The notes under the pieces: model-generated | What the model was told of the DNA's origin: nothing | What the model saw: only the letters and a program-made list of their open reading frames with translations | Databases searched by the model: none | Made by a program: the position numbers and the translations under genes | In this document: piece after piece, positions 1 to 13,700 of the stretch | How positions within the stretch are numbered: position 1 is the first letter of the stretch | How the letters are laid out: the number at the start of each line of letters is the position of its first letter | Origin: Azolla caroliniana | Lineage: Eukaryota; Plantae; Polypodiophyta | Assembly: GCA_043228905.1 (NCBI GenBank) | Contig: JBHGNT010000001.1 | Coordinates: 19,654,001-19,718,000 of the forward strand | Reading direction: 5' to 3' | Length of the DNA: 64,000 bases

Positions 1-59
1 GTAATAAAGTGCATTCAAAACAGTACAAAATGATGGAGGTTTCGAATGCACTTTATTAC
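1..59. repeat. 21-bp inverted repeat (hairpin) with 17-nt loop
   Basis: gtaataaagtgcattcaaaac (1-21) versus gtttcgaatgcactttattac (39-59): 20/21 complementary; may extend beyond the window start. Confidence 0.8.
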
Positions 60-397
60 ACGAGAAACGGACAACTAAATGTCAAGATATGAGGGTATAA
101 AGTTTGCGAAAGGAAAAGACAAAATTGTGAGATATCCCACATAGGCACGACAAATACGGCTCTCATCATATATAAGGTAGAGCAAAAGATATTATCTTTG
201 TGTCTATATGGAGCATAGAGAGGTCAAGGTAACTTGAACTAAGAGTGGAGGTGGGCTAGCTACTTCTAAAGGGTTTTGGCCAACCAAAACCGAACCGACG
301 ATGCAGCCGGTGATCCGGCGGCATCCGGCGAACCGGTGTCCGGTGACTAGATAAATAAATATATAAATATATATACATATGTACATATACAAGGAGG

Positions 398-464
398 GCA
401 AGTAAGGATTCGAACATTGCACCTTTGAGTTAGGAGTCAATTGGCTTACCATTAAGCCATGCCA
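398..464 (-). pseudogene. tRNA-like sequence (tRNA pseudogene or tRNA-derived SINE/MITE head)
   Basis: Minus strand ggcatggcttaatggtaagccaattgactcctaactcaaaggtgcaatgttcgaatccttacttgc has A-box-like TGGCTTAATGG and B-box GTTCGAATCC at tRNA spacing; the stems are imperfect. Confidence 0.4.
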
Positions 465-1177
465 TTTAGTTGAATTTATATTTCTATCATTATACTTTTA
501 CATGTAAATTCTCATACATGAGAGCTAAAATGAGTGACATGGTTATCATGCACCACATGTAATACATAAGCGCCAAATGGCAAACATGCATTTTATGCAT
601 GTCTTGTACCCTCACATGCATCATATGCATGAGAGCATCTATAAAAGAAGGAAGGGGGAGGAGAAAAAACGCGTTCTTTTTTTGTTATAAAATTAAGAAG
701 AAGAAATTCGTTATCAAATTGATCGTGTAACTTGTTTCTTAAATCTAAAGATAAAAGTTCAATCAATCTCTCTCAATCGTTTAATCTCAACTTCTCTCTT
801 TCCCAATCTATCTTAAGTACTTTCTCGCTAAAGCTTGCGCCAAAGCTTGTACCGACTTTGAATCCTTCCGATCCAAAACCCCGGTGGTTCCGCCTCACAA
901 TCCGCTCGTAGTGACGGATCTTCACGACAGCGGTATCATCACATCCAAGAGCTCATAACCGAGAAAAAGCTCGAAGTCTGAAAGATCGACACCAAGGTGA
1001 ACATCGCCCATTGCCTAACGAAGCCACTGCTAGATCAACGATTCGGAGCACTAAGGACAAAGATGGGACTACGACAAGCGACTGAGGAGAAGAAGGTCGA
1101 ACGAGGAGCAGAAGGTAAGTCGAAACGATCGACTCAGACAAGTTGATCTGATTGACTAGCCGAACTAGCCTAGACAT

Positions 1178-1607
1178 TGAACATATCTCTACCAACTCAG
1201 GCACATGTTGATTGACTTGTAAATATAAATTTAGATTAATTAGTAATCTAGGTTTACAGGAGAGATAATCTCAAACACTTGTACATGTAGGAAAGAGCAG
1301 TCCTTTTACGGGGGATTTTGTTGGCATAAAAATGCCGACTCCTTCCACTTTGTATCCTAGTGTGAACTCGTCCAAAGAGTTAGGGTTTAGTATATAAACG
1401 ATAACCTAACGTTGTAAAGAGTGCGGCTTGATCATTCTTGTATAGTGCGTCTCTGAGAGAGAGAGAGAGAGAGAATAGAATAACAAAGCTTCCATTAAAG
1501 CTTCGAACGTATACATTCTCTGTTTATCTTCTTGCCTCCCTTCTGTGTTGTTTATTGAGCACATACAACAGATCCTCACACATACATTTCCGCACATTTG
1601 ATGTTCA
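1178..1607 (+). mobile_element. possible solo LTR
   Basis: Ends are TGAACAT...ATGTTCA (7-bp inverted), with internal TATATAAA and (GA)n; no TSD found. Confidence 0.3.
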
Positions 1608-2131
1608 GTAGGGAAGAATCAAAAATAAAAAATCATCCACATTCACTCAAATCCTAAATCAAGTTTGGAGGAAGTTTGCAGACATTTAAATAAAAAATGT
1701 GAGTTGGTGCAAAATTCCAACACTAAATCTGAAATTTTCAGTAGTAATCAGAAATCAACCGCTTTAAAATCCAGAAACCCTAATAAGAAATCAACCACTT
1801 AAGGAAATCAAGACCCCTAATCTGAAATAAGTATGAAATCAACCCTAATCATAATTGGTAGGGAAGAATAAAAAAAAAAATCAGCCACATTCACCCAAAT
1901 CCTAAATCAAGTTTGGGGGAAGTTTGCAAACACACAACCATTGGATCAGAAATGTGAATTGGTGCAAAATTCCAACACTAAATCTGAAATTTTCAACAGT
2001 AATTAGAAATCAATCACTTAAAAAAACAGAAACCCTAATCAGAAACCTTAATAACAAACCCTAATCAGAAATCAACTGCTTAAGGAAATCAGAAACTCTA
2101 ATTTGAAATATGTATGAAATCAACCCTAATC
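1608..2131. repeat. diverged ~250-bp tandem duplication rich in AAACCCTAAT motifs
   Basis: gtagggaagaat...atcctaaatcaagtttgg...gtatgaaatcaaccctaatc occurs at 1608 and again at 1858. Confidence 0.85.
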
Positions 2132-2768
2132 AAAAATTTTGTCAATCAGAAACACACTTGCTGCTACACCCCGATCTTCGAGACATCCTTGTTTGGGACT
2201 CCAACGACTTTGCCCTAATCATTTTTTATAAAAGATGAACAAGCAACAAAGTTACAGTTATCAGAAAGGGAAAAAAAAGATTTTTTAATGTGTAACTGAT
2301 ACATACCCATACGAGGATCGAACTAGTGGTGTGTTGTTGCTTTGAAGGTGCAATGTCAATATGAGAGTTTTTGTGTTGTTGCGGGAGCTTCGATATTTCA
2401 TGCTTAGAGTACTCCATCTGCGTGGATTTTGAACTCAAACTCACCCTAAACAGGAATTTGGGGACATTCAAGTCAAGTTTAGATCAGGGCATTGTTCCCT
2501 AAGTTCCACTACGTCAGAAACCAAAGTTCAAATTTTTGAGTATTCTCATAAATTAAATGAGATGTATTTAACTAATAAAGCATAAAATTTTGTAAATGAT
2601 CCTTATGATTTGCCCACAAAAAACTAGCTAAACAAATAGATAATAACTACGGCCATTTTAGCATGCTTTTTACCCAAAGATGATTTTCCCGACGCTCAAC
2701 TTTTTAGAGTAGACACAATGGCCACAACCGAGATGGAAGACGATCAGGTAGAATCATGGATCACATAA

Positions 2769-3948
2769 ATGACGATCTTCTTAAGTACGGGGTTGCCACC
2801 AGAAGGCATGCCATTGGATGAAAGGAAAAGGCTCATGGTAAGAAGTCGGAACTTTTACATCCTCAACGAGACGTTATCCATAAGGGAGCCGATGGCATAT
2901 GGCGGTGCAAGGTTCGATAATACAAGAAGGAAGCAATTTTACGAGAACCCCATTGCGGTATTGTTGGCGATCATTATGCCGAAGAAACGACAACAAGGAA
3001 AATATGGAGTAGCGGGCTGTGGTGGCCGACTACGTCAAAGGAAGCGATCGAATATTATCGACAATGTGATCTGTGTTAGTGGACTGGACAACCAACTGAA
3101 AATGATAGAATGCCTCATCAGCTGGTGTTGCCTTTGGAACTATTTCAAAAATGGGGTCTCAACTTTGTTGGACCATTCAAACACGCAGTTGTGCGAACTG
3201 GAAATCGTTATATTATAGTGGCTACCGACAGTTGTACCAAATGGGTGGAAACAAAAGCGCTTCGGGATAACATGGCAGCGTCGACAACCAAATTCCTTTA
3301 TGAATTCATCTGGTGTCGATTTGGTTGTCCAATCGAATTAGTAAATGATTAGGGTACACATTTTACAAATAAAATTGGACATGAACTATCTAATTATTAT
3401 GCAGTAGTACACAAACGAAGTACTCCGTACTACCCACAAGCCAATGATCTTGAGAAAAGTTGTCAATGAAAATCGAACTGATTGGGATAAGAAACTTTAT
3501 AGTGCTACAAAACAGTTATTGAATCGACTTTGTTTCGGATGGCATTCGGGTTAGAAGTTGTGATGCTAATTAAATTCCAAGTTCAGACACTACGAGTTCA
3601 AATCTCCAAAAGATTAGATAAAGAACAATCGGAGCAAATAAGGAAGGAACAATTGATGGTCTTGGAAGAAAGTCGGCTTCAAGCTATGTGTGCAGAAACA
3701 AAGACAAACAAAGGCAAACAAAGGAATTCGTGGGCCGGCAACGAAAACAAAAGGAAAAGATGTTTGAAGTCGGCAAGCCAGTATTGGTATCTGAAACAAA
3801 GATGGGTTTGATGCCAGGGAAACTTCAATTTCGGTGGACAGGACCATTTTGGATAATCAATAGCAAAAATGATACATATCATGTCGGGACATTGGTAGGA
3901 GAAATTTTGCTGAAATGGGTGAATGGATTTCATCTCAAACCTTATTAA
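2769..3948 (+). pseudogene. Ty3/Gypsy (non-chromovirus, Athila/Tat-like) integrase remnant
   Basis: Frameshifted ORFs carry KWGLNFVGPF, YIIVATDSCTKWVE, RFGCPIELVND, GKLQFRWTGPF and VNGFHLKPY. Confidence 0.85.
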
Positions 3949-4401
3949 GGATCGATGTTGGAAAACCTGTTTAGAGTTAGAGTCGATGCCGACAGTCTGC
4001 CAACCACGTAGTAACGTAGTAAGGGGACAAAAGTGTAAATATGAGCTGAAATAAAAATAAATAAATCTATCTTGGCCAATATATAACATAAAAGATTCTT
4101 GTTGTGATGACTTCTTGGCACTGTCCTTTTCAGACTATAAATGGAAAAGCCACAGAATCATGCAACTTTCATTACTGGTGGTGGGCATTGAAAGTTTATT
4201 ACTATATTCGTACTATCAAATCTCTCCTCAAAAAATGAACCGTGTATTCTCCAAAACCTCTTCCTCCACGTTTTCTGTCTCACAACAGCAGAAAAATCTT
4301 CGAGCACACAAAACACAAAGTTTTCAATTGTTTCCTCTCTACAAACAACATTCTACGTAGCAAAGTGCACCAATAGTTCGGGCATCAGCGCAGAAAAAAA
4401 T

Positions 4402-5625
4402 ATGACGATCCCTGTTTCTGACAGACTTCGTCAGTGGTTGCATAGCAAACGGCTACAAGGATATCTTAGGGTTGCAGATGTTGAACCACGCCCTTGCGCT
4501 ATAGAAGTTGTGTGCCAAATCGACGTTGCCAAATTCACAAACAAACAGGTACATCAATTTTTTAATCTAAAAAGGGAAGGATTCAATGATATGGATCCAC
4601 TAGAACTTGAAGTGCTGAGGTCATATTTCGATGAGTATTCGCCATCGGCAAAAGCTTATAAAACTCCAGGAGATGCAGATGAACTCTTCCAAGAAGTCAC
4701 AACATTTTTATTAGAAGTATCTTTCGACACTCCCCGATTCTATTGCATGCCCAAGCAGAGGGCAGGGTTTATTATCTCCACTTATGAAGGAGAAACAATC
4801 GACTAGGGATACCTGACAAGTGAGGCATTGTGGGATCAGCTCAAGGGGGTGCAAAACGGCAAATCAATGAAGCCAATCTTTGGTAGATGGCTCATAGTAC
4901 TTTCTCCGACACCTAGTTCGGAGACTCAGCATAAGACCCCAAGGACAAACAAGGGGCAACCAACACAACTAGGGTCGACATCAAGGGCCCAGAAGGAAGT
5001 ACCACATGAAGAATGGCAAGAACTAGAGTCAAGAATCATCGATAACCAAGGGTCGGAATCAACCTAACAATCGGAAGCCAAGCCTGAGCGGGAGCAAGAG
5101 TCGACTCAAAATCTTGGAACTCCGGACAAGGAGCCAATACTGCCTTCAATTTCCCAGTCCCAACTTGATCAAGAACCAATGCCACAAACACAAGAAGACA
5201 TCCAAGCGGTGAAGAAACAACGAGTCAAGGATCAGTAGTTGCCAACACACATCGATCAACAACTAGAACACGAAACACGCGTCAATTCACCCGACATGAG
5301 GCGTCTCAAAAAGTGTAAATCCTCCTCGATGACCCAAGATGAGGTACTGGGATTACTAGAGTTACCGCTGACAGCACATGGATTTGCAACAATTCTATAG
5401 TTCGGAACATCTTTGAACTTGTTGAATGGTTGGATCATCAATTATAGTATGCGGCTGACATGCTGACCCAGGAACACAAGGATCGCATCATGATCTAAAA
5501 GGCCATGATCGACGCGATTGAGCCGAAGGAACATCTAGAGTTGGACCGCATTGGCCGACAACAGGCTGCTAAGTATAAGGGAGAGGCAATTCAAATGCGC
5601 TCCTTGAGCACGACTCTAGTAGAGT
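4402..5625 (+). pseudogene. degenerate extra ORF downstream of the Gypsy integrase (Athila/Tat-type accessory ORF position)
   Basis: In-frame ORFs 4402-4806 and 4828-5067 are separated by a single stop and followed by a Q/E-rich tail; same strand as the integrase; no recognisable domain. Confidence 0.45.
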
Positions 5626-6096
5626 AAGAAACGCGTTCTTAACATCCATCTGATGCAGAGGCCACACCCTTGCCATTGCAACCACCAACACCACATGGAC
5701 TGTCGTCATCTTCGCCAGCGGTGTGAAGGTTTCATCTTAATTGATGTTGTGGGTTTTCATGTATCCCTTGGCCACAAATCAGGCCTTATATCGGTTGACC
5801 GAGCCGCGATTGAGCCGAAGGAACATCTAGAGTTGGACCGCATTGGCCGACAACAGGCTGCTAAGTATAAGGGAGAGGCAATTCAAATGCGCTCCTTGAG
5901 CACGACTCTAGTAGAGTAAGAAACGCGTTCTTAACATCCATCTGATGCAGAGGCCACGCCCTTGCCATTGCAACCACCAACACCACATGGACTGTCGTCA
6001 TCTTCGCCAGCGGTGTGAAGGTTTCATCTTAATTGATGTTGTGGGTTTTCATGTATCCCTTGGCCACAAATCAGGCCTTATATCGGTTGACCGAGC
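5513..6096. repeat. near-perfect 292-bp tandem duplication
   Basis: Units start at 5513 and 5805; ORFs 5653 and 5945 are offset by 292 and share near-identical N-termini; one mismatch seen (ccacaccc/ccacgccc). Confidence 0.9.
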
Positions 6097-6477
6097 CGTC
6101 GACATTGTAATTTACTTTGTACACCCATTTGCACCTGATCGACTTGCAGTGTCAGGAAGGGTCAACCAAGTCCCATGTCTTGTTGGAAAATAGTGCCTGC
6201 ATTTCTTCCTCCATGGTTGATCACCATTTGACATCCTCTGATGCCTCCGCGTAGCTCTCCGGTTTGCAAACTTTTGCCACTTTCGACATATATGCATAGT
6301 GAAGCACCATGTATCCATACCGGATCACTTGATTCTAGCGGCGAGTCAATTGGTGTAACTTCTCATTAGCCAATTTCAGGGCCCTCTTGGCCGCATCTGA
6401 TCTAAACCCCTGAGGCTTCTTATTGTTTTAGTTGGTGTCAAATTCTCCCTGGTCCGATGCACCATTATCTGTGCCAT

Positions 6478-7291
6478 TGTCGTGGAAATCTGCGAGTTCG
6501 TGTAGGCTTGGGTGGGACCACAAGGGTCTCAGGCTAGGGAGTAAAAGGGGGAATGGGAGCTTATCCCGTACGGGCTTCGGAGCACGAAAGGGTAGGGGCA
6601 ATGTGTGAATGATTAACACAACAAAGAACTAGACCGAAAGAAGGTTCCTCAAACAAATTCCATTATAAGGCAGAAAAGCCACAATATGATTTACAACCAT
6701 GGCCATATAGGCCGAACTCAAGCACAACTAGAAGAAAACCTAACTGGATAGGGAGAAGAAGAAGAACCAAACCTAGAACCAAAACCCTAAAACAAAATAG
6801 GCATAAGATGAAGAAGACCTAAAACCCTAATGGTCTACCTCAAACAACAAAATGGCGACCCCCTTTATAGTACCTCCTCACCCCCTTTTATAGTAGAAAG
6901 GGGTGAGGCTTATTACAAAAGAAGATACCAAATATTCCACTCTTTGCAAAGAGGAATATTTGCCTTGATTTTAGGAGGACAGATTAATGGGGCCTTAACT
7001 CCCTCTCCTCTCATTTTCACACACACACACACCACCATGCCCTCTACTTATTACACCCTTACTTCCATGCAGTCCCCTTAGTCTAAATGTGCATGTGCAC
7101 CTAAGTGCACACCACATTTATACTTCACGGACTTTGTAGTGTACTTTTAGCACCTTACATTTCACCTTTTCTTATACATTTGTTTTTCTTATTCCTATTT
7201 ACAAATTTACTAAGTGCATGTGCAATGTTGCACATTCCCGTTTTATTCGTTTCAGTCGGGTCTCTCACCATAGCCGAAAATCCTCATGACA
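6478..7291 (-). mobile_element. solo LTR (Gypsy-like, TGTC...GACA termini)
   Basis: Termini tgtcgtgg...tcatgaca; 4-bp TSD ccat/ccgt (one transition); removal restores the host reading KEKGKMKTSEYGTDNGASD. Confidence 0.75.
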
Positions 7292-10200
7292 CCGTACTCC
7301 GACGTCTTCATCTTACCCTTCTCTTTGCGTGTAAACTGTCTCCTCGGTTTCTAACACAGGGACTGCACGACTGAGTCTTCATTGCTCACCGGCTCTTCAT
7401 CCAGCTAGACGTTCCGACTTAGCTCCCCATTAGGCCCACTTAGCTTGAATGAAATTGGGATCTCTTCTACAGGGTCGGTTTCTTCTTCCTCGAATATCAT
7501 CTCGGTCTCACTGGACTCATTCTCAATAATCGGCACGAGGTCGACAAGGGTCGAAGATGGAAGAGAATACCAGGATGTTGATTCCTCAAAGACGACGTCA
7601 TGGCTCACTTGAACTTGCTTCATCCGGGGGTTGTAGCATTTGCACCCCTTTTGTTCATGAGAGTAGTTGACCAAGATACAGTTCTCCAACTTGGTGTCAA
7701 GATTCTTCCACTTCTCATCCAACACATGCACATATGCAATGTTGCCGAATACCCTCAAGTGTTTCAAATTCGGCTTGCGCCCGAAATGCAGCTCATGTGT
7801 TGACACCTTTCCTTGCTGTGTAGAAATCTTATTCTGGATGTATACAACCATCCGAATGGCTTTAGCCTAGTAAAATTTGGGCATGCTCTTCTCTTCTATA
7901 ATCAACCGGTTCTTCCTTTCAGCTATGCCATTTTGCTATGGCATATATCTATAGCTGAATTCACGTCGAATTCCCATTTGTTGCAGATAATAGTGGAAAA
8001 GTATTCTTTTCTGCTATCCGCCCACAAACACTTGATTTTCCTCTTTGTTTACCTCTCTACAAGATTCTTACAAGTTCCGGACATAGGAGAAGACATCACT
8101 CTTCCTTTCTATGAGATAAATCCATGTGTGTCAGTTGTAGTTGTCAATGAAGGAGAAGAAGTATCGACTCCTACCAATACTCATGTTTTGTGTTGGTCCC
8201 CACACATACAAATGAATCAGGTCAATCTTGTTACGGCTTAGATTTTGCTTGTTGGGGAAAGGAATTTGGTGTTGTTGCACTAATTGGCAAGCTTCACAAA
8301 CTTGGGCCTTTTGTCCACTAAACTTCAGCTAGCCAAACACAATTTGTTTCCCTTGCAACTCCTAAAGGCTTTGAAAATTGATGTGGCTAATCCACCTATG
8401 CCACAAGTCGATATCCGATTTGACGTTTTGTCCTGTGGTGAACATTGCGGTGCCAACGTCATTCGTGTCGAGTATGAACATCCTCCCTTCTCGTTGCCCT
8501 TGTGCGATGATTTATCCTTCTTCTTCAATGACGCGGCCAAGGTGGGTGAACCAAACTTGTCTGCCTTGTTCAGCAATTTTTCTGACTAACACCAAATTCT
8601 TGTTGATTGTCGGAATGTGCTTGACGTTCATCAGTCTCCCTTCTTGGTCGACATGGCTGAAGGGGACATCACTGACATCAGTGACATGTGAGGAAACGTC
8701 ACTGGTTTCGACAACCCGCGGCTATTCCGACTTCTCTAGATTTGAGAACCACTCTTCGTGGTTCATCACGTGATTTGATGCTCTGGAATTGACATACCAC
8801 ACCTCGTTTGGTTTTGAGGTGCTCGTCTTCATCGAGGCTGCCTTATGCTTAATTACAAATGCAGGACCCGTTCTGGCTTGATTCGAGTCTTTAGTGAAGT
8901 GCAATCGTTGTTGATTTCCCTATGCGTTGCCTAACTCAGCTTTGTTGGAGTCAGCCTTCTTCTTCCAACACTCACTTTTGTTGTCACCCTTCCGGCCACA
9001 GTGCCAACAATCGGTGACTTCATTTTGTAACTCCCCCTGCTTGTGGAGGATTCATTGTTGTCGGCACCTTCTCGGTGCCTCTGGTTCTGCTCTTGCCGGC
9101 CGCCACCATTTTGTGTTGATCCACTACGTTTTCCACAACCATGGGGCCTATCTGACTCTGTGTACAACATCTGGTTGTCCGCCTGTGCGCTCCGTGATGC
9201 ACTTCTGTGATTTTCTTTGACCATAAGCATCGATTTCAGGTTCAAGAATGACAGTGGTTTCTCCTTCGTGCAAATAGCCGTTTGGGTCGGCCCATACCTC
9301 CGAGCTAGACAACCATCTGTACCATTTCTTCCGTGTCCATCGACACATTGATGGACCCTAAGGAATGACAGATCTCCTTGATCTTCATGGTGTAGTCGTG
9401 TTAGGAATAGCGCAGAATATAGCTCGGCTACAACCAAGTAATGAATCACTTCAATGAGAATCAAACACATAAATGGGAGGTGGAGAGTACACCAAGGAAA
9501 TACACAAGATGTTTACGTGGAAAACCAAAATAGGGAAAAACCATGGGAGCCCACGGACTCCAACTATCACTATAGGAGAAAGGTATAATCAGAGCCTCGA
9601 GCTCTGTATCTTGACCAACCAGCGGCTACAATAGAGTATCCATCTGTATCTCACGCTCTCTCCCTCTCTATCGCTCTCTCTCTATACAACTAAAGTGATT
9701 GCCTTAAGTCATATTTATACTTATATGAACTTAGGGCTATTTACAAATGTAGCCTCAATACGCTTACTCAAGACATATTTACAAATCTATCTTCTCTTCC
9801 AGTTCTCATCGGGTCCATCCGATCATGTTTCCGGATCTCTTCATTCACAGTCGGATCCCATCCGGAGGGACCGATTGCCCACCAATCTCCCCCTTCACTC
9901 CGGCATGGGATGTCTTGTCAACCCGATCCGCTTTCGGCATGCGTCCAGCTTGTTGGTCGTCAACACCTTGGTCAGCATTTCCGACCTATTCTCCTCTGTG
10001 TGGATCTTCATCAGCATGAACTCTTGATCCTCTGTGTGGTACCTCCGCTAGATATGTTTCATCCGAGAATGGTAGGCCTTGTTCTTTGCAAGGTGGATGG
10101 CACTTTGACTCTCGCAGTAGAGCCGATATTCCTCCTCTTGGATCCCTAGCTCTCCGATCAAGTCCTTCATCCAGATTATCTCCTTGCCGGCTTCAACAGC

Positions 10201-10709
10201 TACCATGTACTCCGCCTCCGCGGTTGACAACACAACCAACATCTGCAGCCTCGACTGCCATGATATAGCTCCCCCTACATAAGTCATGACATATCCGGAG
10301 GTAGACCGGCTAGTATCCGCATCAGCTGACATATCTGAATTCGTCAATCCGTCAAGTTGGGGATTACCGGAGCGAAACCGGAGGCACATACTCGATGTGC
10401 CTTTCAGATACCGGAGAATCCACTTGACCCTGTTCCAATGCTCTTTGTCGGGATTGCTCATGAACCGGCTCACCACTCCAACTGCATATCGGATATCCGG
10501 TCGGGTACATACCATTCGTACATCAAGCTCCCGACGACAGAGGCATATGGTATCTTCATCATATCTGTCTTCTCTGCCTTTGTCCTCGGGCTTTGTTTTC
10601 CGGATAGCTTCCAATTTTCCAGAAGTGTCGATCTGACCGGTTTCACCTCTGACATGTTGAACCGTTGAAGCACCTTTGTTACGTACTTCTCTTGTGACAA
10701 CCACAACAG

Positions 10710-13700
10710 TGTAGTTAAAATCATTGCCGGCCACAACCGGTTTGCGTGTGCGGAATAATAGTCAATCTAATGGAGAGGAAAATCAGAATACAGAAACTGA
10801 GAATGACACAAATTTTAACGTGGAAACCCGAACTGGGAAAAAACCACGTGGAGTCCACAAACTCCGAAACAGAACACTATGAGAGAAAGAAATACAATCA
10901 GAGATCTTAGAGGCAACGACCTCGAGATCCTGCTTCGCCAACAGGCGCCTATGGAGCTCACACTCCTTCACTCTCACTGTTATAGAGACCACGACCTCAA
11001 CAACAGTAACTTTACAATAATACACACACATAGCATGATTGCCCTAAGTACTTATATATCAATGTAACCTTCCGACTATTTACAAGTTTAGCCCTTCCGA
11101 GTTGCTCATCAACACGGTTCTTCTTACTTCCCATCCGGAGGGACCTGCTTCCTAACAAACTCCCCCTTCACTCTGGCATGGGATGTCTTACTAGTTCGAT
11201 CCGCTTCCAACATGCATCCAGCTTGTCGGGTTCAGTACTTTGGTCAGCATATCTGACCCGTTCTCAGCCGTGTGGATCTTCGTCAGCGCGAACTCTCGAT
11301 CTTCTACTCGCTCCCGGATCCAGTGATACCTACGTGGATGTGCTTTGTCCTAGAGTGGTTTGCTGCGTTCTTGGCAAGGTGGATGGCACTTTGATTGTCA
11401 CAATAGAGCCGTTATTCATCTTGCCGGATACCGAGCACTCTGATGAAGTCCTTCATCCATAATATTTCCTTGCCGGCTTCAACGGCCGCCATGTACTCCA
11501 CCTCCGTGGTTGACAACGCAACCGTCTTCTGCAGCCTTGACTGCCACGAAACAGCTCCCCCTGCATATGTCATTACATACCCGGCTGTAGACCGGCTGGT
11601 ATCCACATCAACCGACATATCCGAATCGGTAAAACCATCAAGTTGAGGTTTACCGGAGCCGAATCGGAGACACATATTCATTTGACCGCGTTCTAGTGCT
11701 CCTTGTCGGGATTGCTCATAAACCGGCTCACCACTCTGACTGCGTATCCAATATCTGGTCGAGTATACACCATTGTGTACATTAAGCTCCCGACGGCAGA
11801 AGCATATGGAACCTTCATCATATCCGCCTTCTTAGTTTTCGTCTTTGGGCTTTGCTTACCGGATAATCTGCAGTTTGTCGGGAGTGTCGATCCGACCGGT
11901 TTTGCTTCTAACATGTTGAACCGTTGAAGCACCTTTGTCACATATTTCTCCTGTGACAGCCACAATTGCTTCTTTGACTGGTCCCGGATGATGTGCATCC
12001 CCAGTATCTGTCTTCCTAGGCCCAAGTCTTTCATTGTGAAAGTTCGGTTGAGAGCCTTCTTCAGCATCCGTATTTTGGCTTGGTCCCGTCCGACGATCAA
12101 CATGTCGTCCACGTACAAAAGGAGAATCAGGAAGTCGCCTCCTTCGAACTTCTTCACAAAGACGCAGTGATCGGTTTGCGTTTTGTCATACCCTTGGTCG
12201 GTCATGAAGGAGTCGAACTTCCGGTACCATTGTCGGGGAGCCTACTTCAATCCGTACAGGCTCTTCTTCAACCGGCAAACCAAGTGCTCCTTCCCTTTTT
12301 CCACGAATCCTTCCGGTTGTTGCATGTAGATCTCCTCTTCGAGGTCACCGTGAAGGAATGTCGTTTTCACGTCCAACTGCTCTACCTCGAGGTCCATGCT
12401 TGCCACTATACTCAGCACCGTCCGGATGGAAGTCATCTTTACTACTGGGGAAAATATCTCGTCGAAGTCCACGCCCTTCTTCTGTTGGAACCCCTTCACC
12501 ACGATCCTGGCTTTGTATCTTGGGGGCTTTTCGGCATCTCCCGGTTTCAACTTGTACACCCACTTGTTTCGGAGTGGCTGCTTTCCTTTCGACAACTCCA
12601 CCAATTTGTACGTATGGTTCTCATGCAGGGAATCCATCTCATCCTGCATGGCACTTAACCATTTGCGGTTATGGGTGTTACTTTTAGCTTCCTCAAAGCT
12701 TTCTGGCTCCCCCTCATCGGTTAGTAACACGTGCTCTGGATCTGGAAATCTCCGGGGGGCCCTTCTCTCTCTGAGAGCATATCTGCGTCCTTGGGCTTCG
12801 GTAACCGACTCCTCCATTTGCTCATCATCTGAATCTGACTCGGCGTTTTGCTCTTCATCCAAATCCGATTCAGGGTTTTGTTCTGTTCCGGTTTCACCTA
12901 TTCCTTCTTCTTCTTTGGCCGGTTTTGTCTCCTACCCGTCACCGGCTGGTTCATCGAGTGCTAGCCGACTTCTTCCCGATTGGAACTGCATTTCATCAAA
13001 TCGAAATTTTTCCTTACCAGTCGACTCAAAGTTCATTATCTTCTTCTCCGACTCCTAGTCGGCAAGCGTCTTGTCCTCCATGAAGATAATATCTCGACTC
13101 CGAAATACTTTCTAGTCGACCGGGTCCCACACTCGGTAGCCGAACTCATCGTCGCTATAACCGAGGAATATGCATGGTCGGGTCTTTGTATCTAACTTTC
13201 CTCTCCGGTCCTTAGCTACATGCACGTACGCAAGATACCCGAATACCTTCAGATGCCGGTAGGACACTTCCTTAGCGGTCCAGACTCTCTGTGGCGTGTC
13301 TCCGTCCAAGGGTACTGAGGGTGATCTGTTTATCACATATGTCGCCGTCGACAGTGCCTCAGCCCAAACCTTCTTGGGTAATTTTGCATGCACCAACATA
13401 CTCCGGAACCTCTCCATTATGGTCCGGTTCATCTTCTCGGCCAGCCCTTTTAGTTCCGGCGTTTTCAACACGGTAAATTCGAGCCGGATTCCCATCGAGC
13501 GACAGTATTCCTCGAACTGCCCCCGGTATTCACCTCCATTATCTGTTCGAACTGCCTTAAGCTTCCGGCCGGTTTCTCTTTCCACTCTCGCGTGGAGCTC
13601 TTTGAAGATGGATAGCACCTGATCCTTCATCTTCAACGGTGTGGCCCACAACTTCCAGCTATGGCCATCTATGAACGTCACGAAGTACTGCGATCCGGCA

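Noticed and set aside
1608-2131. Telomeric repeat array
   Set aside because: AAACCCTA motifs are isolated telo-box-like words inside a larger duplicated unit, not tandem (CCCTAAA)n.
2150-2640. Possible host gene fragment (ORF 2226-2471)
   Set aside because: Short and low-complexity, with no recognisable domain or supportable exon structure.
12080-13058. Long ORFs antisense to Copia pol (also 25903-27450 and 32941-33568)
   Set aside because: Shadow frames of GC-rich retrotransposon coding sequence, recurring in each copy without independent motifs.
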